A stretch of 51,421 nucleotides of DNA, taken from positions 1-51,421 of the forward strand of contig JAPXKJ010000004.1 of NCBI GenBank assembly GCA_033810155.1. Reading direction: 5' to 3'. Each line of letters opens with the position of its first letter. Within the stretch, counting starts at the first letter, position 1. The notes below the pieces were generated by a model. It was not told the DNA's origin, searched no databases, and was given only the letters and a program-made list of their open reading frames with translations. The position numbers and the translations under genes were made by a program. Positions 19,206-30,003 of this stretch are shown here, piece by piece. This stretch comes from Bacillota bacterium. GTDB lineage: Bacteria > Bacillota > Sulfobacillia > Fermentithermobacillales > Fermentithermobacillaceae.

Positions 19206-19876
19206 TCCTGTATCGCTTCCTTTGTGAGTCCTCTGTCTGAGAGAGATGCGATGACTCGCTTACACACGCATTCTACTTCACCACAACCATCTATCGACAC
19301 GAGTATTCCGGATTTCATATAATACTCACGCAACGGTTCGGTTTCCTCGTGGTATACCCGAAAACGTTCCCTAACAGTATCTTCCTTATCATCTTGCCGA
19401 GTTACAAGTTCGCCGCCACAAACATCGCATTTTCCCTCAACCTCAGGTGGATTCAGTTTAAGGTTGTAGGACCTACCGCACTTGGAACAGACCCTACGCG
19501 TCCTTGACCGCTCCAGTAATTCATCCTGAGGAACGACCAGATCGATAACTAGGTCGAGGTGCTGCCCTTTCTCTTCGAGGATGGACTTGAGCGCCTCTGC
19601 CTGAGCCAAATTCCGGGGGAACCCATCTAGGACAAACCCTTTCTGAGCCTCCGGCGAATTCAGCCTCTTTTCGATAATTCGAACTGTAACATCGTCAGGA
19701 ACTAGCTGGCCTCGAGCCATTATCCCTTCAACCAAGTGGCCAAGTTCTGTACCTTCTTTGACTTCCTGCCTGAAGATATCACCAGGTGCAATATGTAGCA
19801 ACCCGAATTTGTCCGCTATCATCTTTGCCTGAGTTCCTTTACCTGCGCCTGGTGGCCCCAAAAACAAAAGTTTCAC
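19202..19876 (-). CDS. adk: Adenylate kinase with Cys4 zinc lid
   Basis: LGPPGAGKGTQA P-loop; lid CSKCGRSY...CDVCGGEL. Confidence 0.95.
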   Translation of the reverse strand: MKLLFLGPPGAGKGTQAKMIADKFGLLHIAPGDIFRQEVKEGTELGHLVEGIMARGQLVPDDVTVRIIEKRLNSPEAQKGFVLDGFPRNLAQAEALKSILEEKGQHLDLVIDLVVPQDELLERSRTRRVCSKCGRSYNLKLNPPEVEGKCDVCGGELVTRQDDKEDTVRERFRVYHEETEPLREYYMKSGILVSIDGCGEVECVCKRVIASLSDRGLTKEAIQE

Positions 19877-19886
19877 TATGCTCTCC

Positions 19887-21149
19887 TCACTTTAAGAACC
19901 CGTCATAATGACGCATTACTAATTGGGCTTCGATCTGCTTCATAGTCTCAAGCGCCACGCCTATGACAATCAGCATCGCTGTGCCACTTAGGGCTTGAAA
20001 ACCGGGCAAGCCAGTCAGCTGCATCATAAAAGTAGGCAAGATCGCAATCAACGCTAGAAACAAAGCACCCACAAAGGTGATTCGATTGACTATCCTGCCT
20101 AGCATATCAGCAGTCGGCCGCCCTGCGCGTACACCCGGAATGAAACCGCCGTATTTCCTTATGTTATCCGCCACTTCTACCGGGTTAAACACCATAGACG
20201 TGTAAAAGAACGTAAACGCGAATATCAATGCAGCATAGATTACAGTATACCAAGGTTGCGAGTAATCAAAAAACGCCGCCAACGACTTAGCCCAAGGAGC
20301 TTGAATAAACGTTGCCAAGGTAGCCGGAAGCGCTAACAATGAAGACGCAAAGATTACCGGAATAACGCCTGCCTGGTTTATCCTTATCGGGATGTGGGTA
20401 GAGTAACCGCCCATCATCTTCCTACCAACTACTCTTTTGGAGTATTGCACAGGCACACGGCGTTCTCCCTCGGTAACCCAAATCACTGCAATCAATGTTC
20501 CAAGGGTTATAGCGATCAAGCCTATCACATTGTACCATTTGGTCTGTCCCGACTTCAACAGAACATATAGGGTGCCTAGATCCCTTGGTAGTCCAGACAC
20601 AATTCCGCCGAAGATGAAGAGCGAAATACCGTTGCCTATACCTTTTTCGGTAATCAGCTCTCCTAACCACATTAGAAACACAGTACCTGCCATAAGGCTA
20701 ATCACAGCCTCTACTACCAGCCAAATCGAGGTGGATACAAGCGCTCCCTGAGCCCTGATGCCCAAAGTCATACCGGTCGCCTGTACACCAGCAAGGATCA
20801 CTGTGCCATATCTTGTATAATCCTGGAGTTTTTCTCTTCCGTCTTCTTCTTTCGACATATCTTCCCATTTTGGGATAACCATGGTCAGAAGCTGCACGAT
20901 GATGGAGCTATTTATGTAAGGATATATACTCATCGCAAACACAGAATAATTCCTCATAGCGCCTCCTGAGAAGAGGTCCATAAAAGCAAACAAGGTACCT
21001 TGCTCAAACAAACCGGCTATGACTTCGGGTATTATGCCCGGCACGGGTATTGCAACTCCAGCTCTAAAGACGATGAGCATACCTACAGTAAAAAGTATTC
21101 TTTTCCTCAGGTCTGGAACGCGCCAGGCATTTTTTATCATAGAGACCAT
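19887..21149 (-). CDS. secY: Preprotein translocase subunit SecY
   Basis: Ten-TM profile; LFAFMDLFSGGA and ITEKGIGNGISL motifs; between rplO and adk. Confidence 0.95.
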   Translation of the reverse strand: MVSMIKNAWRVPDLRKRILFTVGMLIVFRAGVAIPVPGIIPEVIAGLFEQGTLFAFMDLFSGGAMRNYSVFAMSIYPYINSSIIVQLLTMVIPKWEDMSKEEDGREKLQDYTRYGTVILAGVQATGMTLGIRAQGALVSTSIWLVVEAVISLMAGTVFLMWLGELITEKGIGNGISLFIFGGIVSGLPRDLGTLYVLLKSGQTKWYNVIGLIAITLGTLIAVIWVTEGERRVPVQYSKRVVGRKMMGGYSTHIPIRINQAGVIPVIFASSLLALPATLATFIQAPWAKSLAAFFDYSQPWYTVIYAALIFAFTFFYTSMVFNPVEVADNIRKYGGFIPGVRAGRPTADMLGRIVNRITFVGALFLALIAILPTFMMQLTGLPGFQALSGTAMLIVIGVALETMKQIEAQLVMRHYDGFLK

Positions 21150-21593
21150 TTATATCACCTCGGCTCTGCCGCCTGCGGCTTCGATTTTCTCCTTCGCAGA
21201 AGCGGAAAATGCATGTGCCGTAACGGTAAGAGCCTTGTCTATTTCACCCTCACCAAGTATTTTCACAAATTCTCGGTTTCTTCTGATAAGCCCAGCATTT
21301 CTAAGTTCTTCTGGGCCTACCTCGCTTCCGTCTTCAAACATGTTGATATCGCCAACGTTTACAATGCCGTATTCCTTGCCAAATATGTTTTTGAAACCTC
21401 TCTTGGGAATACGTCTCACTAATTTCGTCTGCCCGCCCTCGAACCCCGGCGGCTTAACTCCTCCAGACCTGGACTTTTGACCCTTATGGCCACGGCCTGC
21501 GGTTTTTCCGGTACCAGAGCCAATACCTTGGCCTTTTCTTTTGGGTTTCTTGACTGATCCAGGAACCGGTGATAATACATCATGCAATTCCAT
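21150..21593 (-). CDS. rplO: 50S ribosomal protein L15
   Basis: [45 protein letters not shown]. Start moved to ATG 21593 (GGAGGT plus 8 nt). Confidence 0.95.
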   Translation of the reverse strand: MELHDVLSPVPGSVKKPKRKGQGIGSGTGKTAGRGHKGQKSRSGGVKPPGFEGGQTKLVRRIPKRGFKNIFGKEYGIVNVGDINMFEDGSEVGPEELRNAGLIRRNREFVKILGEGEIDKALTVTAHAFSASAKEKIEAAGGRAEVI

Positions 21594-22155
21594 TAGAACC
21601 GACCTCCGCTTCGTCGCCTTTTTCCCTTCTCCTGGACAAGCCACGAATCTCACTTATCTCACGGGCACTGCGAAGGTTTTTGAGTGCCTCTATGGTTGCA
21701 TATACTACGTTATATGGATTTGACGAGCCAAGAGATTTGGTCAAAACATCCTGAATCCCAGCAAGTTCCATAACCGGCCTAACGCCTCGCCCTGCAATGA
21801 TACCGGTACCTTGTGATGCCGGCCTAAGAAGTACTTTCCCTGCACCAAACTCGCCTATGACTTCGTGAGGAATGGTGGTACCGTTCATCGGCACTTCAAT
21901 TAGGTTCTTCTTAGCATCATCTATACCTTTTCTAATAGCATCTGTAAGGTCTTGAGCTTTTCCCAAACCGGCTCCAACCTTACCGTTTCCATTTCCAACG
22001 ACCACAAGCGCCCTAAAACTCCGCTTGCGACCTCCTTTTACCGTTTTGGAGACAGGACCGAATGTAACAATCTGGTCCTTGAACTCCTCCTGAGGTTGGT
22101 TCTTATAACCATCCCTATTGGAATCGTCTCTTGCAAACAAATAATCACCCCGCAT
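21580..22155 (-). CDS. rpsE: 30S ribosomal protein S5 (191 aa, extended at both termini; 3' end overlaps rplO by 14 nt)
   Basis: [37 protein letters not shown] 22155 lies 1 nt after the rplR stop. The C-terminal tail ...[21 protein letters not shown] runs through the rplO RBS and start. Confidence 0.9.
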   Translation of the reverse strand: MRGDYLFARDDSNRDGYKNQPQEEFKDQIVTFGPVSKTVKGGRKRSFRALVVVGNGNGKVGAGLGKAQDLTDAIRKGIDDAKKNLIEVPMNGTTIPHEVIGEFGAGKVLLRPASQGTGIIAGRGVRPVMELAGIQDVLTKSLGSSNPYNVVYATIEALKNLRSAREISEIRGLSRRREKGDEAEVGSNGIA

Positions 22156-22156
22156 G

Positions 22157-22522
22157 TTAGAAATCCAACCCGCCTTCTCTTGCTCCATCTGCCAAGGCCT
22201 TAACTCTCCCGTGGTAGACGTAACCGCCTCTGTCAAAAACAACCTTCTTTATATCTTTTTCAAGAGCTCTTGCCGCCAACAACTTGCCTAAAGCATTCGC
22301 TCCCTCTATGTTGCCTCCAGAAACGCTAAGTTCTTTGAAAGCCGGTTCGGTCGAAGACGCAGATACCAAAGTCCTTTGGCTAACGTCATCTATTATCTGG
22401 GCATACACATGTTTAGAACTTCGAAAAACATTAAGCCTAGGGCGCTCAGGTGTTCCGACAACTTTTCGTCTCACTCTCTTGTGGCGCTTGGCTCTTTGAA
22501 TAGAACTCTTCTTAACAGCCAT
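22157..22522 (-). CDS. rplR: 50S ribosomal protein L18
   Basis: [21 protein letters not shown]...[14 protein letters not shown]. Start moved to ATG 22522. Confidence 0.95.
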   Translation of the reverse strand: MAVKKSSIQRAKRHKRVRRKVVGTPERPRLNVFRSSKHVYAQIIDDVSQRTLVSASSTEPAFKELSVSGGNIEGANALGKLLAARALEKDIKKVVFDRGGYVYHGRVKALADGAREGGLDF

Positions 22523-22547
22523 TAATCGTCTTCCCTCCTCCACAGGG

Positions 22548-23084
22548 CTACTTGGCGCCCTTAACTACCTTGCGCTTTACAACTTCTCCAGCATATTTGA
22601 CTCCGGTCCCTTGATAGGGCTCGGGCGGCCGCAATCTCCGTATGTCTGCAGCAATCTGCCCAACCGCTTGTTTGTCAATCCCACGTACTATGACCTGGTT
22701 GGGAGCTGGCACGTCAATCTCGATTCCCTTAGGAGGTACTATTTCACACGGTTTCGAGAACCCAAGGTTCAGAATCAGTTTGTCTCCAGACTTTGCGGCT
22801 CTGTAGCCCACGCCAGAAATCTCCAGAGTTTTCTCATACCCTTCAGTGACTCCGACAACCATGTTATGAATCAAGGTCCGCGTAAGACCGTGGAGCGCTC
22901 TGTGCTTCTTTACGTCAGACGGCCTCTCAACCTTAACTACATCATCTTCTATAGATACTTGCATATCTGGATGAATACTATTACTCATAGTTCCCTTGGG
23001 GCCTTTGACTGTAACCTGAGTCCCATCTACAGTTACAGAAACCCCTGAGGGTATGTTTATGGGTTTTGTTCCAATTCGCGACAT
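22548..23084 (-). CDS. rplF: 50S ribosomal protein L6
   Basis: [31 protein letters not shown]. Confidence 0.95.
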   Translation of the reverse strand: MSRIGTKPINIPSGVSVTVDGTQVTVKGPKGTMSNSIHPDMQVSIEDDVVKVERPSDVKKHRALHGLTRTLIHNMVVGVTEGYEKTLEISGVGYRAAKSGDKLILNLGFSKPCEIVPPKGIEIDVPAPNQVIVRGIDKQAVGQIAADIRRLRPPEPYQGTGVKYAGEVVKRKVVKGAK

Positions 23085-23106
23085 ATGAAAACCCTCCTGT
23101 ACCTTC

Positions 23107-23502
23107 CTACCATACGTAACAAACTACTTCTCCGCCAACTCCTTCTTTGCGAGCTGTCCTATCATCCATGATTCCGCTGGATGTTGATATGACAGCTATC
23201 CCCAATCCACCCAAAACTCTTGGAATGTCATCTTTACCGGCATAGACCCTAAGGCCGGGTTTTGATATCTGCCGGATACCTGTAATGGCACAGGTTTTTC
23301 CCGGTCCGTACTTCATGTAAACCCTGAGTTGTGCAACAGGTTTCCCTTGGACAACCTCATAGTCTCGGATGTACCCTTGTTCTTTCAAAACCATGAGAAT
23401 ACGTTCCTTTGTCCTGGAAAAAGGCACATCTACCCTATCATGCTTTGCCATGCCGGCGTTGCGGAGTCTGGTAAGCATATCCCCAATAGGATCATGTGTC
23501 AT
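23107..23502 (-). CDS. rpsH: 30S ribosomal protein S8
   Basis: [13 protein letters not shown]...GGEVVCYVW. Confidence 0.95.
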   Translation of the reverse strand: MTHDPIGDMLTRLRNAGMAKHDRVDVPFSRTKERILMVLKEQGYIRDYEVVQGKPVAQLRVYMKYGPGKTCAITGIRQISKPGLRVYAGKDDIPRVLGGLGIAVISTSSGIMDDRTARKEGVGGEVVCYVW

Positions 23503-23516
23503 CTATAATCTCCCTC

Positions 23517-23702
23517 CTACCAGCTGGCTTTCTTTACGCCAGGAATCTCACCGCGATGGGCCAACGCTCTGAAACAGTGCCTGCACAAACCGAACTTTCT
23601 CATGTAGGCGCCAGATCTGCCGCAGATCTTGCATCGGTTGACTTTTTGCGTAGAGTATTTTGGCTCCTTCATCGCCTTGTTTATTTTGGCTTTGCTAGCC
23701 AA
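23517..23702 (-). CDS. rpsN: 30S ribosomal protein S14 type Z (zinc-binding, 61 aa)
   Basis: [22 protein letters not shown] CxxC...CxxC motif. Confidence 0.95.
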   Translation of the reverse strand: MASKAKINKAMKEPKYSTQKVNRCKICGRSGAYMRKFGLCRHCFRALAHRGEIPGVKKASW

Positions 23703-23714
23703 GAAATCTCCCCC

Positions 23715-24251
23715 TTACTGTCTAAAGGGCATACCCATTCCTCTAAGAAGATAACGCCCTTCCTCATCTGTCTTCGCCGTTGTGGTAATGGTAATGTTCA
23801 TACCACGTATTTTTGTCACTTGATCGTAATCAATCTCAGGAAAGATAAGTTGTTCCTTAAGTCCCATCGAATAGTTCCCTCTACCGTCGAAACCATCAGG
23901 CGACATTCCACGGAAGTCTCTCACCCTAGGCAATACCACATTAAACAACTTCTCAAGGAAATCATACATCCGCTTTCCTCTGAGAGTGACCTTACAACCC
24001 ACATTCATACCTTCCCTTACCTTAAAGGCAGAAATGGACCTTTTAGCTCTGGTAACAACAGGCTTCTGACCCGCAATCCTGGTAAGATCAGCAACTGCGG
24101 CTTCCAGAGCATCTGGATTCTGAGTAGCCTCGCCTACGCCCATATTAATGACTACTTTCTCAATTTTCGGTACCTCGAAAATATTCTTGTAGCCAAATTC
24201 CTTCATCATGGCAGGGACTACTTCTTCAGTATAAAGTTCCTTAAGTGCCAC
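23715..24251 (-). CDS. rplE: 50S ribosomal protein L5
   Basis: [22 protein letters not shown]...INMGVGEA. Start moved to GTG 24251 (GTGAGGT plus 8 nt), giving 178 aa. Confidence 0.9.
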   Translation of the reverse strand: MALKELYTEEVVPAMMKEFGYKNIFEVPKIEKVVINMGVGEATQNPDALEAAVADLTRIAGQKPVVTRAKRSISAFKVREGMNVGCKVTLRGKRMYDFLEKLFNVVLPRVRDFRGMSPDGFDGRGNYSMGLKEQLIFPEIDYDQVTKIRGMNITITTTAKTDEEGRYLLRGMGMPFRQ

Positions 24252-24262
24252 GTTACTCGACC

Positions 24263-24586
24263 TCACTTGTCAATAACTTCGCCACATTTTTTGCAAACTC
24301 TACGCTTCTTACCATCTGTAACAGTGAATCCAATCCTGGTTGGTCGCGAGCACTTCGGACACACGAGCATCACAGCAGATCTGCTGATGGGACCTTCTCT
24401 CTCGATTACGCCCCCTTGCGGCAAATCCTTAGTCGGTCTTTGGTGTTTCTTCTGCAAATTGACCCTATCTACGACCAATCTATTATCCGTGGGCAATGCC
24501 CGCAAAACTGTACCCTTGGTGCCTTTGTATTTCCCGCTTATAACCAAGACCGTGTCGCCCTTGCGAATATTCACTAGTTCCACCAC
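24263..24586 (-). CDS. rplX: 50S ribosomal protein L24
   Basis: [22 protein letters not shown] motif. The C-terminal part carries CPKC...CKKC, a zinc-ribbon-like pair. Confidence 0.95.
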   Translation of the reverse strand: MVELVNIRKGDTVLVISGKYKGTKGTVLRALPTDNRLVVDRVNLQKKHQRPTKDLPQGGVIEREGPISRSAVMLVCPKCSRPTRIGFTVTDGKKRRVCKKCGEVIDK

Positions 24587-24598
24587 CTTCTCAAGACG

Positions 24599-24967
24599 CT
24601 ATATTACCTCAGGAGCTAGGGAAATTATCTTCGTAAATCGCTTTTCTCTAAGTTCCCGAGCCACAGGGCCAAAAATGCGTGTGCCCTGGGGTTCTGTCGC
24701 ATCCTTCAGTATAACCGCTGCATTATCATCAAATTTGATATATGTTCCGTCAGGACGCCTCACGTTAGTGCTTGTTCGAACAATTACAGCTCGAACTACT
24801 TGACCCTTCTTGACAACGCCTCCGGGCGTGGCCTCTTTGACTGAAGCCACGATAACATCCCCTAGGCCCGCATAGCGCCTAAAACCACTTCCAAGTACCC
24901 TTATGCACATAATCTCTTTGGCGCCAGTGTTATCGGCAACCTTTAGTCTGCTCTCCGGTTGAATCAA
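24599..24967 (-). CDS. rplN: 50S ribosomal protein L14
   Basis: [26 protein letters not shown]. Confidence 0.95.
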   Translation of the reverse strand: MIQPESRLKVADNTGAKEIMCIRVLGSGFRRYAGLGDVIVASVKEATPGGVVKKGQVVRAVIVRTSTNVRRPDGTYIKFDDNAAVILKDATEPQGTRIFGPVARELREKRFTKIISLAPEVI

Positions 24968-25242
24968 GAACGGTCACCTCCGAGCGGGTGCTCGGATGCT
25001 TCTAGCACCTCAGCTATCCTCCAGCGTTTATGCTTGGATATGGGCCTGGTTTCTATCAAAAGCACCTTATCACCCAAAGATGTAACGTTCTTTTCATCGT
25101 GAGCTTTTATCCTCTGAGTCGACCTGATCCTTTTTCCGTAAAGCGGACTTACCTTCCACGTATCAACCGCAACAATACGTGTCTTATCCATCTTGTCGCT
25201 TACTACAACTCCAACCATTTTCTTACGTTTTACGTGCTCCAT
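24964..25242 (-). CDS. rpsQ: 30S ribosomal protein S17
   Basis: [17 protein letters not shown]...AHDEKN. Confidence 0.95.
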   Translation of the reverse strand: MEHVKRKKMVGVVVSDKMDKTRIVAVDTWKVSPLYGKRIRSTQRIKAHDEKNVTSLGDKVLLIETRPISKHKRWRIAEVLEASEHPLGGDRS

Positions 25243-25246
25243 AACT

Positions 25247-25456
25247 CTAACCCTCCTGGACCAACCTTCCTAGTTCTCTCTGGCGCTGAATAGTCTTTAC
25301 TCGTGCTATTGACCGCTTAACCTCGCTTATCCTCATCACGTTATCCAACTGCCCTGTTGCGAGCTGAAAGCGCAGATTGAAAAGTTCATCCTTCAGATCC
25401 AGAAGGGTCCTATTCAACTCCATATCGCTCATCGCTCTAATTTCCTGCGCTTTCAT
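25247..25456 (-). CDS. rpmC: 50S ribosomal protein L29
   Basis: [37 protein letters not shown]. Confidence 0.95.
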   Translation of the reverse strand: MKAQEIRAMSDMELNRTLLDLKDELFNLRFQLATGQLDNVMRISEVKRSIARVKTIQRQRELGRLVQEG

Positions 25457-25901
25457 CGTCAGTCACCGCCTTTTCCCGTACAACGCCCATCACTTCGGGT
25501 CGCTTCACAAACTTTGTCTTGATTGGCAACTTGGTTCCCGCCAACCTCAGAGCTTCTCGAGCTACCTCTTCTGAAACTCCGGCAATTTCGAAAAGGATCC
25601 TAGCTGGCTTTACCACAGCCACCCAGTACTCGGGGTTACCTTTACCGCTACCCATTCGGGTCTCAGCCGGCTTTTTTGTAAAGGGCTTATCCGGAAATAT
25701 CCGGATCCACACCTTGCCGCCCCTCTTCATGTAACGGGTAAGGGCTACCCTCGCAGCTTCTATCTGCCTGTCAGTGATCCACGCCGGTTCAAGCGCCATG
25801 AGTCCGTACTCACCGTAAAATATCTCATTCCCGCGTGAAGCCTGACCTTTCATCCTGCCTCTTTGCTGTTTTCTATACTTCACACGTTTGGGCATTAACA
25901 T
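25437..25901 (-). CDS. rplP: 50S ribosomal protein L16 (C-terminal ~10-aa extension overlapping rpmC by 20 nt)
   Basis: [19 protein letters not shown]. Confidence 0.95.
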   Translation of the reverse strand: MLMPKRVKYRKQQRGRMKGQASRGNEIFYGEYGLMALEPAWITDRQIEAARVALTRYMKRGGKVWIRIFPDKPFTKKPAETRMGSGKGNPEYWVAVVKPARILFEIAGVSEEVAREALRLAGTKLPIKTKFVKRPEVMGVVREKAVTDDESAGN

Positions 25902-25904
25902 AAA

Positions 25905-26567
25905 TCAATTACCTCCCTCAGCAGCTCTACCCTGGGATTTCGAGGGGGTGACATCGCCTTTATAGATCCACACTTTTACCCCGATGCGGCCATATGTTGT
26001 ATGAGCTTCAGCAAACCCATAGTCAATATCTGCTCTGAGTGTGTGCAATGGAACGGTGCCCTCGCTTGCCTTCTCACTTCGAGCAATCTCTGCGCCCTGC
26101 AAGCGACCAGATACCCTAATCTTTATACCCTTGGCACCGGATCTCATAGCTCTCTGAATAGCCTGCCTCATAGCTCGCCTGTAAGACACCCTTCTAGCTA
26201 TTGATTCGGCTACGTTCTCAGCTACCAGCTGGGCATCTGTTTCGGGACTCTTCACTTCGATGCAATGCACGTTCACTCTCTTGCCAGTTTGCTTGGCAAG
26301 TTCCTTGCGTAGGTTCTCAATACCGCTACCACCACGCCCTATGACCATTCCAGGTCTAGCTGCATGAACGTATATGGTAATCTCTTGTGGCTTCCGCTCG
26401 ATTTCAATTCTTGGAATACCTGCCTGGCCCAAATTCCCTTTAATGTAATCCCTAATCTTCTTGTCTTCGAGGAGGAGCTCAGAAAACTCCTTGGTAGCAA
26501 ACCATCTGGAATCCCAATTGTATATCACGCCCACACGAAGTCCCTTTGGATGAATTTTCTGACCCAA
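25905..26567 (-). CDS. rpsC: 30S ribosomal protein S3
   Basis: [24 protein letters not shown]. Confidence 0.95.
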   Translation of the reverse strand: MGQKIHPKGLRVGVIYNWDSRWFATKEFSELLLEDKKIRDYIKGNLGQAGIPRIEIERKPQEITIYVHAARPGMVIGRGGSGIENLRKELAKQTGKRVNVHCIEVKSPETDAQLVAENVAESIARRVSYRRAMRQAIQRAMRSGAKGIKIRVSGRLQGAEIARSEKASEGTVPLHTLRADIDYGFAEAHTTYGRIGVKVWIYKGDVTPSKSQGRAAEGGN

Positions 26568-26571
26568 ATCC

Positions 26572-26913
26572 TTAACCCTCCTCTCTTTCCTTCAATACTA
26601 CAGTTAAATGCGAAGTTCTCTTCAAAATCGGAAAAGCCTGTCCCCTCTGTCTCGGATGGTATCTCTTAAGGGTTGGACCTGGTCCAACGTGTATCTCCGA
26701 CACATACAGCTCGTCCTTGCTCATATCATGATTGTTCTCGGCGTTAGCTACTGCAGAACGAATAGCTTTCTCCACAACTGTGCTCGCCTTTTTAGGAGTG
26801 AACCTCAAAATGGCAAGCGCTTCGTCAACTGGTTTCCCCCGCACAAGGTCGGCCACTATGCCTACTTTAGTAGGGGATATTCTTATGTGTTTTACTATGC
26901 AACGTGCTTCCAT
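26572..26913 (-). CDS. rplV: 50S ribosomal protein L22
   Basis: [34 protein letters not shown]. Confidence 0.95.
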   Translation of the reverse strand: MEARCIVKHIRISPTKVGIVADLVRGKPVDEALAILRFTPKKASTVVEKAIRSAVANAENNHDMSKDELYVSEIHVGPGPTLKRYHPRQRGQAFPILKRTSHLTVVLKEREEG

Positions 26914-26932
26914 GAGTTTCGAATAGACCCCC

Positions 26933-27217
26933 TTACTTTAGTGCTGTGGAGCGCTGTGTATGCGATCCATGGCCTCTAAATGTACGTGTGGGAGCGAATT
27001 CGCCTAGTTTATGACCCACAGCGTCTTCTGTAATATAGACGGGTACATGTTTACGCCCGTCATGAACTGCTATAGTATGGCCAACCATCTCAGGCACAAT
27101 CGTCGAGTTGCGTGCCCACGTTCTTATAACCCTCTTGTCACCTTTTTCGTTCATCGCCCTTACCTTGGCCAGAAGTTTCAGGTCAACATAGGGCCCCTTC
27201 TTCTTGGATCGGCTCAT
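26933..27217 (-). CDS. rpsS: 30S ribosomal protein S19
   Basis: [12 protein letters not shown]...[27 protein letters not shown]. Confidence 0.95.
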   Translation of the reverse strand: MSRSKKKGPYVDLKLLAKVRAMNEKGDKRVIRTWARNSTIVPEMVGHTIAVHDGRKHVPVYITEDAVGHKLGEFAPTRTFRGHGSHTQRSTALK

Positions 27218-27239
27218 AATCGCCCCCTCCTTCCTTCCA

Positions 27240-28067
27240 TTATTTTCTCCGCTTCACGATAAGTCTATCTGATGCCTTGTTCTTTTTCCTAGTTTTATAT
27301 CCCAACGTAGGCTTGCCCCATGGAGTTACAGGCCCTGGCATTCCAATAGGAGCCTTTCCTTCTCCGCCTCCATGCGGGTGGTCCACTGGGTTCATCGCCG
27401 CACCCCGCACGCTGGGACGCCATCCCAGATGCCTAGTGGCGCCTGCTTTGCCTTTGCTGGTGTTTTCGTGTTCCACATTGCCTACCTGACCTACAGTAGC
27501 CCTGCACCCAACGGGTACCCTTCTTTGTTCACCTGAGGCCAGTCTAAGAAGAGCATATCCACCCTCTTTGGCCATAAGCTGAACCTGTGCCCCTGCGGAT
27601 CTCGCGATCTGGCCTCCCTTACCAGGAACCATCTCAACGTTATGAACAAACGTGCCCGTAGGTATATTGTCCAAGGGCAGTGCATTTCCTGGCTTTATAT
27701 CTGCATCAGGCCCTGAAACGACTGTGTCCCCCACGAAAATCCCTGAAGGAGCCAAAATGTATCTTTTCTCCCCGTCAGCGTAGTAGATAAGCGCTAGGCG
27801 TGCTGACCGGCCGGGATCATATTCGATGGCGGCAACCTTGCCCGGAATACCGTCTTTGTCACGCTTAAAGTCCACGATACGAACCAACTGTTTTGTGCCA
27901 CCGCCGCGATGACGTACGGTTATCTTGCCTTGAGAGTTTCGCCCTGCCGACTTTTTCTTGGAAACAACTAGACTCTTTTCCGGCTCAGTCTTGGTTATCT
28001 CTTCATAAGTACCGGACACTCGCTGGCGAAGCCCAGGTGATGTTGGCTTAAAGTCTTTTACTGGCAA
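27240..28067 (-). CDS. rplB: 50S ribosomal protein L2
   Basis: [10 protein letters not shown]...[13 protein letters not shown]. Confidence 0.95.
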   Translation of the reverse strand: MPVKDFKPTSPGLRQRVSGTYEEITKTEPEKSLVVSKKKSAGRNSQGKITVRHRGGGTKQLVRIVDFKRDKDGIPGKVAAIEYDPGRSARLALIYYADGEKRYILAPSGIFVGDTVVSGPDADIKPGNALPLDNIPTGTFVHNVEMVPGKGGQIARSAGAQVQLMAKEGGYALLRLASGEQRRVPVGCRATVGQVGNVEHENTSKGKAGATRHLGWRPSVRGAAMNPVDHPHGGGEGKAPIGMPGPVTPWGKPTLGYKTRKKNKASDRLIVKRRK

Positions 28068-28091
28068 CCAATTTCCCTCCCTTACGGTGTC

Positions 28092-28382
28092 CTAAATACC
28101 TTCGAAGAATTCTATCTTCTGCCCTGGGGCTAATGTCACCATAGCCTTCTTCCAATTCGATGTGCGCCCCACAGAATAGCCCATTCTCCTGGATTTCCCT
28201 TTCATCGAAACGGTGTTTACCTGCAAGACCTTTACCTTGAATATTTCCTCGACTGCATTGTGAATATCAGCCTTGGTAGCTTTGGGATGTACCTTGAAAG
28301 TGTACTTCCCTTGGGCTATAAGATCATTACTCTTCTCCGTAATAACGGGAGCGATAATGATATCTCTGGCAGTAAGATTCAT
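28092..28382 (-). CDS. rplW: 50S ribosomal protein L23
   Basis: IIIAPVITEKS...YTFKVHPKATKADI. Confidence 0.95.
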   Translation of the reverse strand: MNLTARDIIIAPVITEKSNDLIAQGKYTFKVHPKATKADIHNAVEEIFKVKVLQVNTVSMKGKSRRMGYSVGRTSNWKKAMVTLAPGQKIEFFEGI

Positions 28383-29002
28383 GCTAATACCTCCTCCATT
28401 ATACGGAGTGCATCTTCTGTAACCACGAGATACCGCTTGGACATAGCATCATACGTGGATACCTGCCTTGCGGTTGTAACCTTTACGCCCGGAATGTTCC
28501 GCGACGAAAGGACCACGTTTGGCTCAACATCTGCCGTAATGATCAGAGAGCTCTGTTCAGCCCCTAGTTTCTTCAAAATCCCATATACTTCTTTTGTCTT
28601 GGGTTTGTCCATCTTCAGTTCCTTAAGCACTATGATTTTACCCTCAGACGCTTTTAGCGAAAGGGCTGATGCTAATGCTTGCCTTTTCATCTTCTTTGGC
28701 AAAGGAGAACCGTAGTCTCTCTGTTGTGGACCGAACACCACTCCTCCGCCTTTCCAAATAGGCGACCTGATGCTTCCGTGCCTGGCCCGTCCCAGACCCT
28801 TCTGCCTCCAGGGTTTTCGGCCACCTCCCCTGACTTCCCCTCTTGTTTTAACTTTCGCTGTACCTACTCTCGCATTATTCTGGTGCGAAAGCACGGCTGC
28901 TCGTATGAGCGCTTTGTTAATATCTGCGCCAAACAATTGGTCAGGCAGGCTCACAGTGCCCATCTCATCGCCTTCTGTATTGTAAACATGCGCTTCCGGC
29001 AC
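28379..29002 (-). CDS. rplD: 50S ribosomal protein L4
   Basis: GEVRGGGRKPWRQKGLGRARHGSIRSPIWKGGGVVFGP. Confidence 0.95.
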   Translation of the reverse strand: MPEAHVYNTEGDEMGTVSLPDQLFGADINKALIRAAVLSHQNNARVGTAKVKTRGEVRGGGRKPWRQKGLGRARHGSIRSPIWKGGGVVFGPQQRDYGSPLPKKMKRQALASALSLKASEGKIIVLKELKMDKPKTKEVYGILKKLGAEQSSLIITADVEPNVVLSSRNIPGVKVTTARQVSTYDAMSKRYLVVTEDALRIMEEVLA

Positions 29003-29032
29003 GAGGCTCCCTCCTTAACAAGCTTTTGTGCT

Positions 29033-29653
29033 TCACCGAGAAGCCTCTCTAATCATGACCAAGGACCCTCTGCTTCCAGGTACTCCTCCGTACACAAGAA
29101 GCAAGTTCTTCTCGGGATCTACATCTATCACTTTCAAATTCTTTACAGTCACTCTCTCGCTACCTTTGTGCCCTGGCATTTTTCTGCCTTTCCAAACTCG
29201 CGCAGCATCTCTTGCCTGTAGGGACCCGGGGCCTCTATGATATTTCGAACCATGCGATGACGGCCCCCGGCTGAAGTTCCATCTCTTAATGCTGCCAGCA
29301 TACCCTTTTCCAAGAGAAGTTCCTGTGACATCTACATATTCACCTGAACTAAATACATCTACTTTTACCTGATCCCCGATCTTCTGAGAGCTGCCAGGGG
29401 CAACTCTGAACTCCCTAAGATACCTAGCAGGAGTTACTCCCTTACTCTTGAAGTACCCTTTTTGGGGTTTGGTCAGGCGTTTCTCGCTAACAAAACCAAA
29501 TCCAATCTGCACCGCATTATAGCCATCTCTATCCTCAGTCTTCACGTCGACGACTGTGCAAGGACCGGCTTCAAGGACGGTTACAGGAATCAGCTTGCCT
29601 TCTTCATCAAATACCTGGGTCATCCCAATTTTCTTACCAAGGATGGCCTTCAT
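29033..29653 (-). CDS. rplC: 50S ribosomal protein L3
   Basis: MKAILGKKIGMTQVFDEEGKLIPVTV. Confidence 0.95.
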   Translation of the reverse strand: MKAILGKKIGMTQVFDEEGKLIPVTVLEAGPCTVVDVKTEDRDGYNAVQIGFGFVSEKRLTKPQKGYFKSKGVTPARYLREFRVAPGSSQKIGDQVKVDVFSSGEYVDVTGTSLGKGYAGSIKRWNFSRGPSSHGSKYHRGPGSLQARDAARVWKGRKMPGHKGSERVTVKNLKVIDVDPEKNLLLVYGGVPGSRGSLVMIREASR

Positions 29654-29686
29654 AGCACAGCACCTCCTCTATAACAAGCCGCAAAT

Positions 29687-29998
29687 TCACACAGCCTTAA
29701 TCTCTATATCCACGCCAGCAGGCAAATCCAGCCTCGTAAGAGCATCCATCGTTTTGGTTGTAGGTTCGATTATGTCGATTAGACGCTTGTGAACCCTCAT
29801 CTCAAACTGTTCGCGAATGTCCTTTTCTCCGTTAGGAGCGGTTAAGATAGTATATACACTTCTTTCCGTCGGAAGAGGCACTGGCCCTGACACAAGCGCT
29901 CCTGTCCTCTTCGCCGTCTCTACTATCCTACTGGCTGAATGATCCAGTATTTCGTGGTCGAAGGCTCTTAACCGAACTCTAATCTTCTGCCTCCGCAC
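29687..29998 (-). CDS. rpsJ: 30S ribosomal protein S10
   Basis: [18 protein letters not shown]. The GTG at 29998 lies 8 nt after GAGGAG (the last tuf codons). The track start (GTG 30007) abuts the RBS and overlaps the tuf stop, so it is less likely. Confidence 0.9.
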   Translation of the reverse strand: MRRQKIRVRLRAFDHEILDHSASRIVETAKRTGALVSGPVPLPTERSVYTILTAPNGEKDIREQFEMRVHKRLIDIIEPTTKTMDALTRLDLPAGVDIEIKAV

Positions 29999-30003
29999 AA
30001 TGA

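Noticed and set aside
21594-21760. A hidden rpmD in another frame at the rpsE-rplO junction (track ORFs 21541-21723 and 21569-21754).
   Set aside because: Those ORFs are on the plus strand, antisense to rpsE, and show no L30-like sequence. The minus-strand frames are occupied by S5 and L15.
23496-24803. A 435-aa plus-strand ORF, the longest unexplained ORF in the track.
   Set aside because: It lies entirely antisense to rpsN, rplE, rplX and rplN, whose identities are unambiguous. It has no RBS and a low-complexity Ser/Leu/Arg-rich composition typical of antisense frames of highly expressed genes. It is a stop-codon-free shadow frame.
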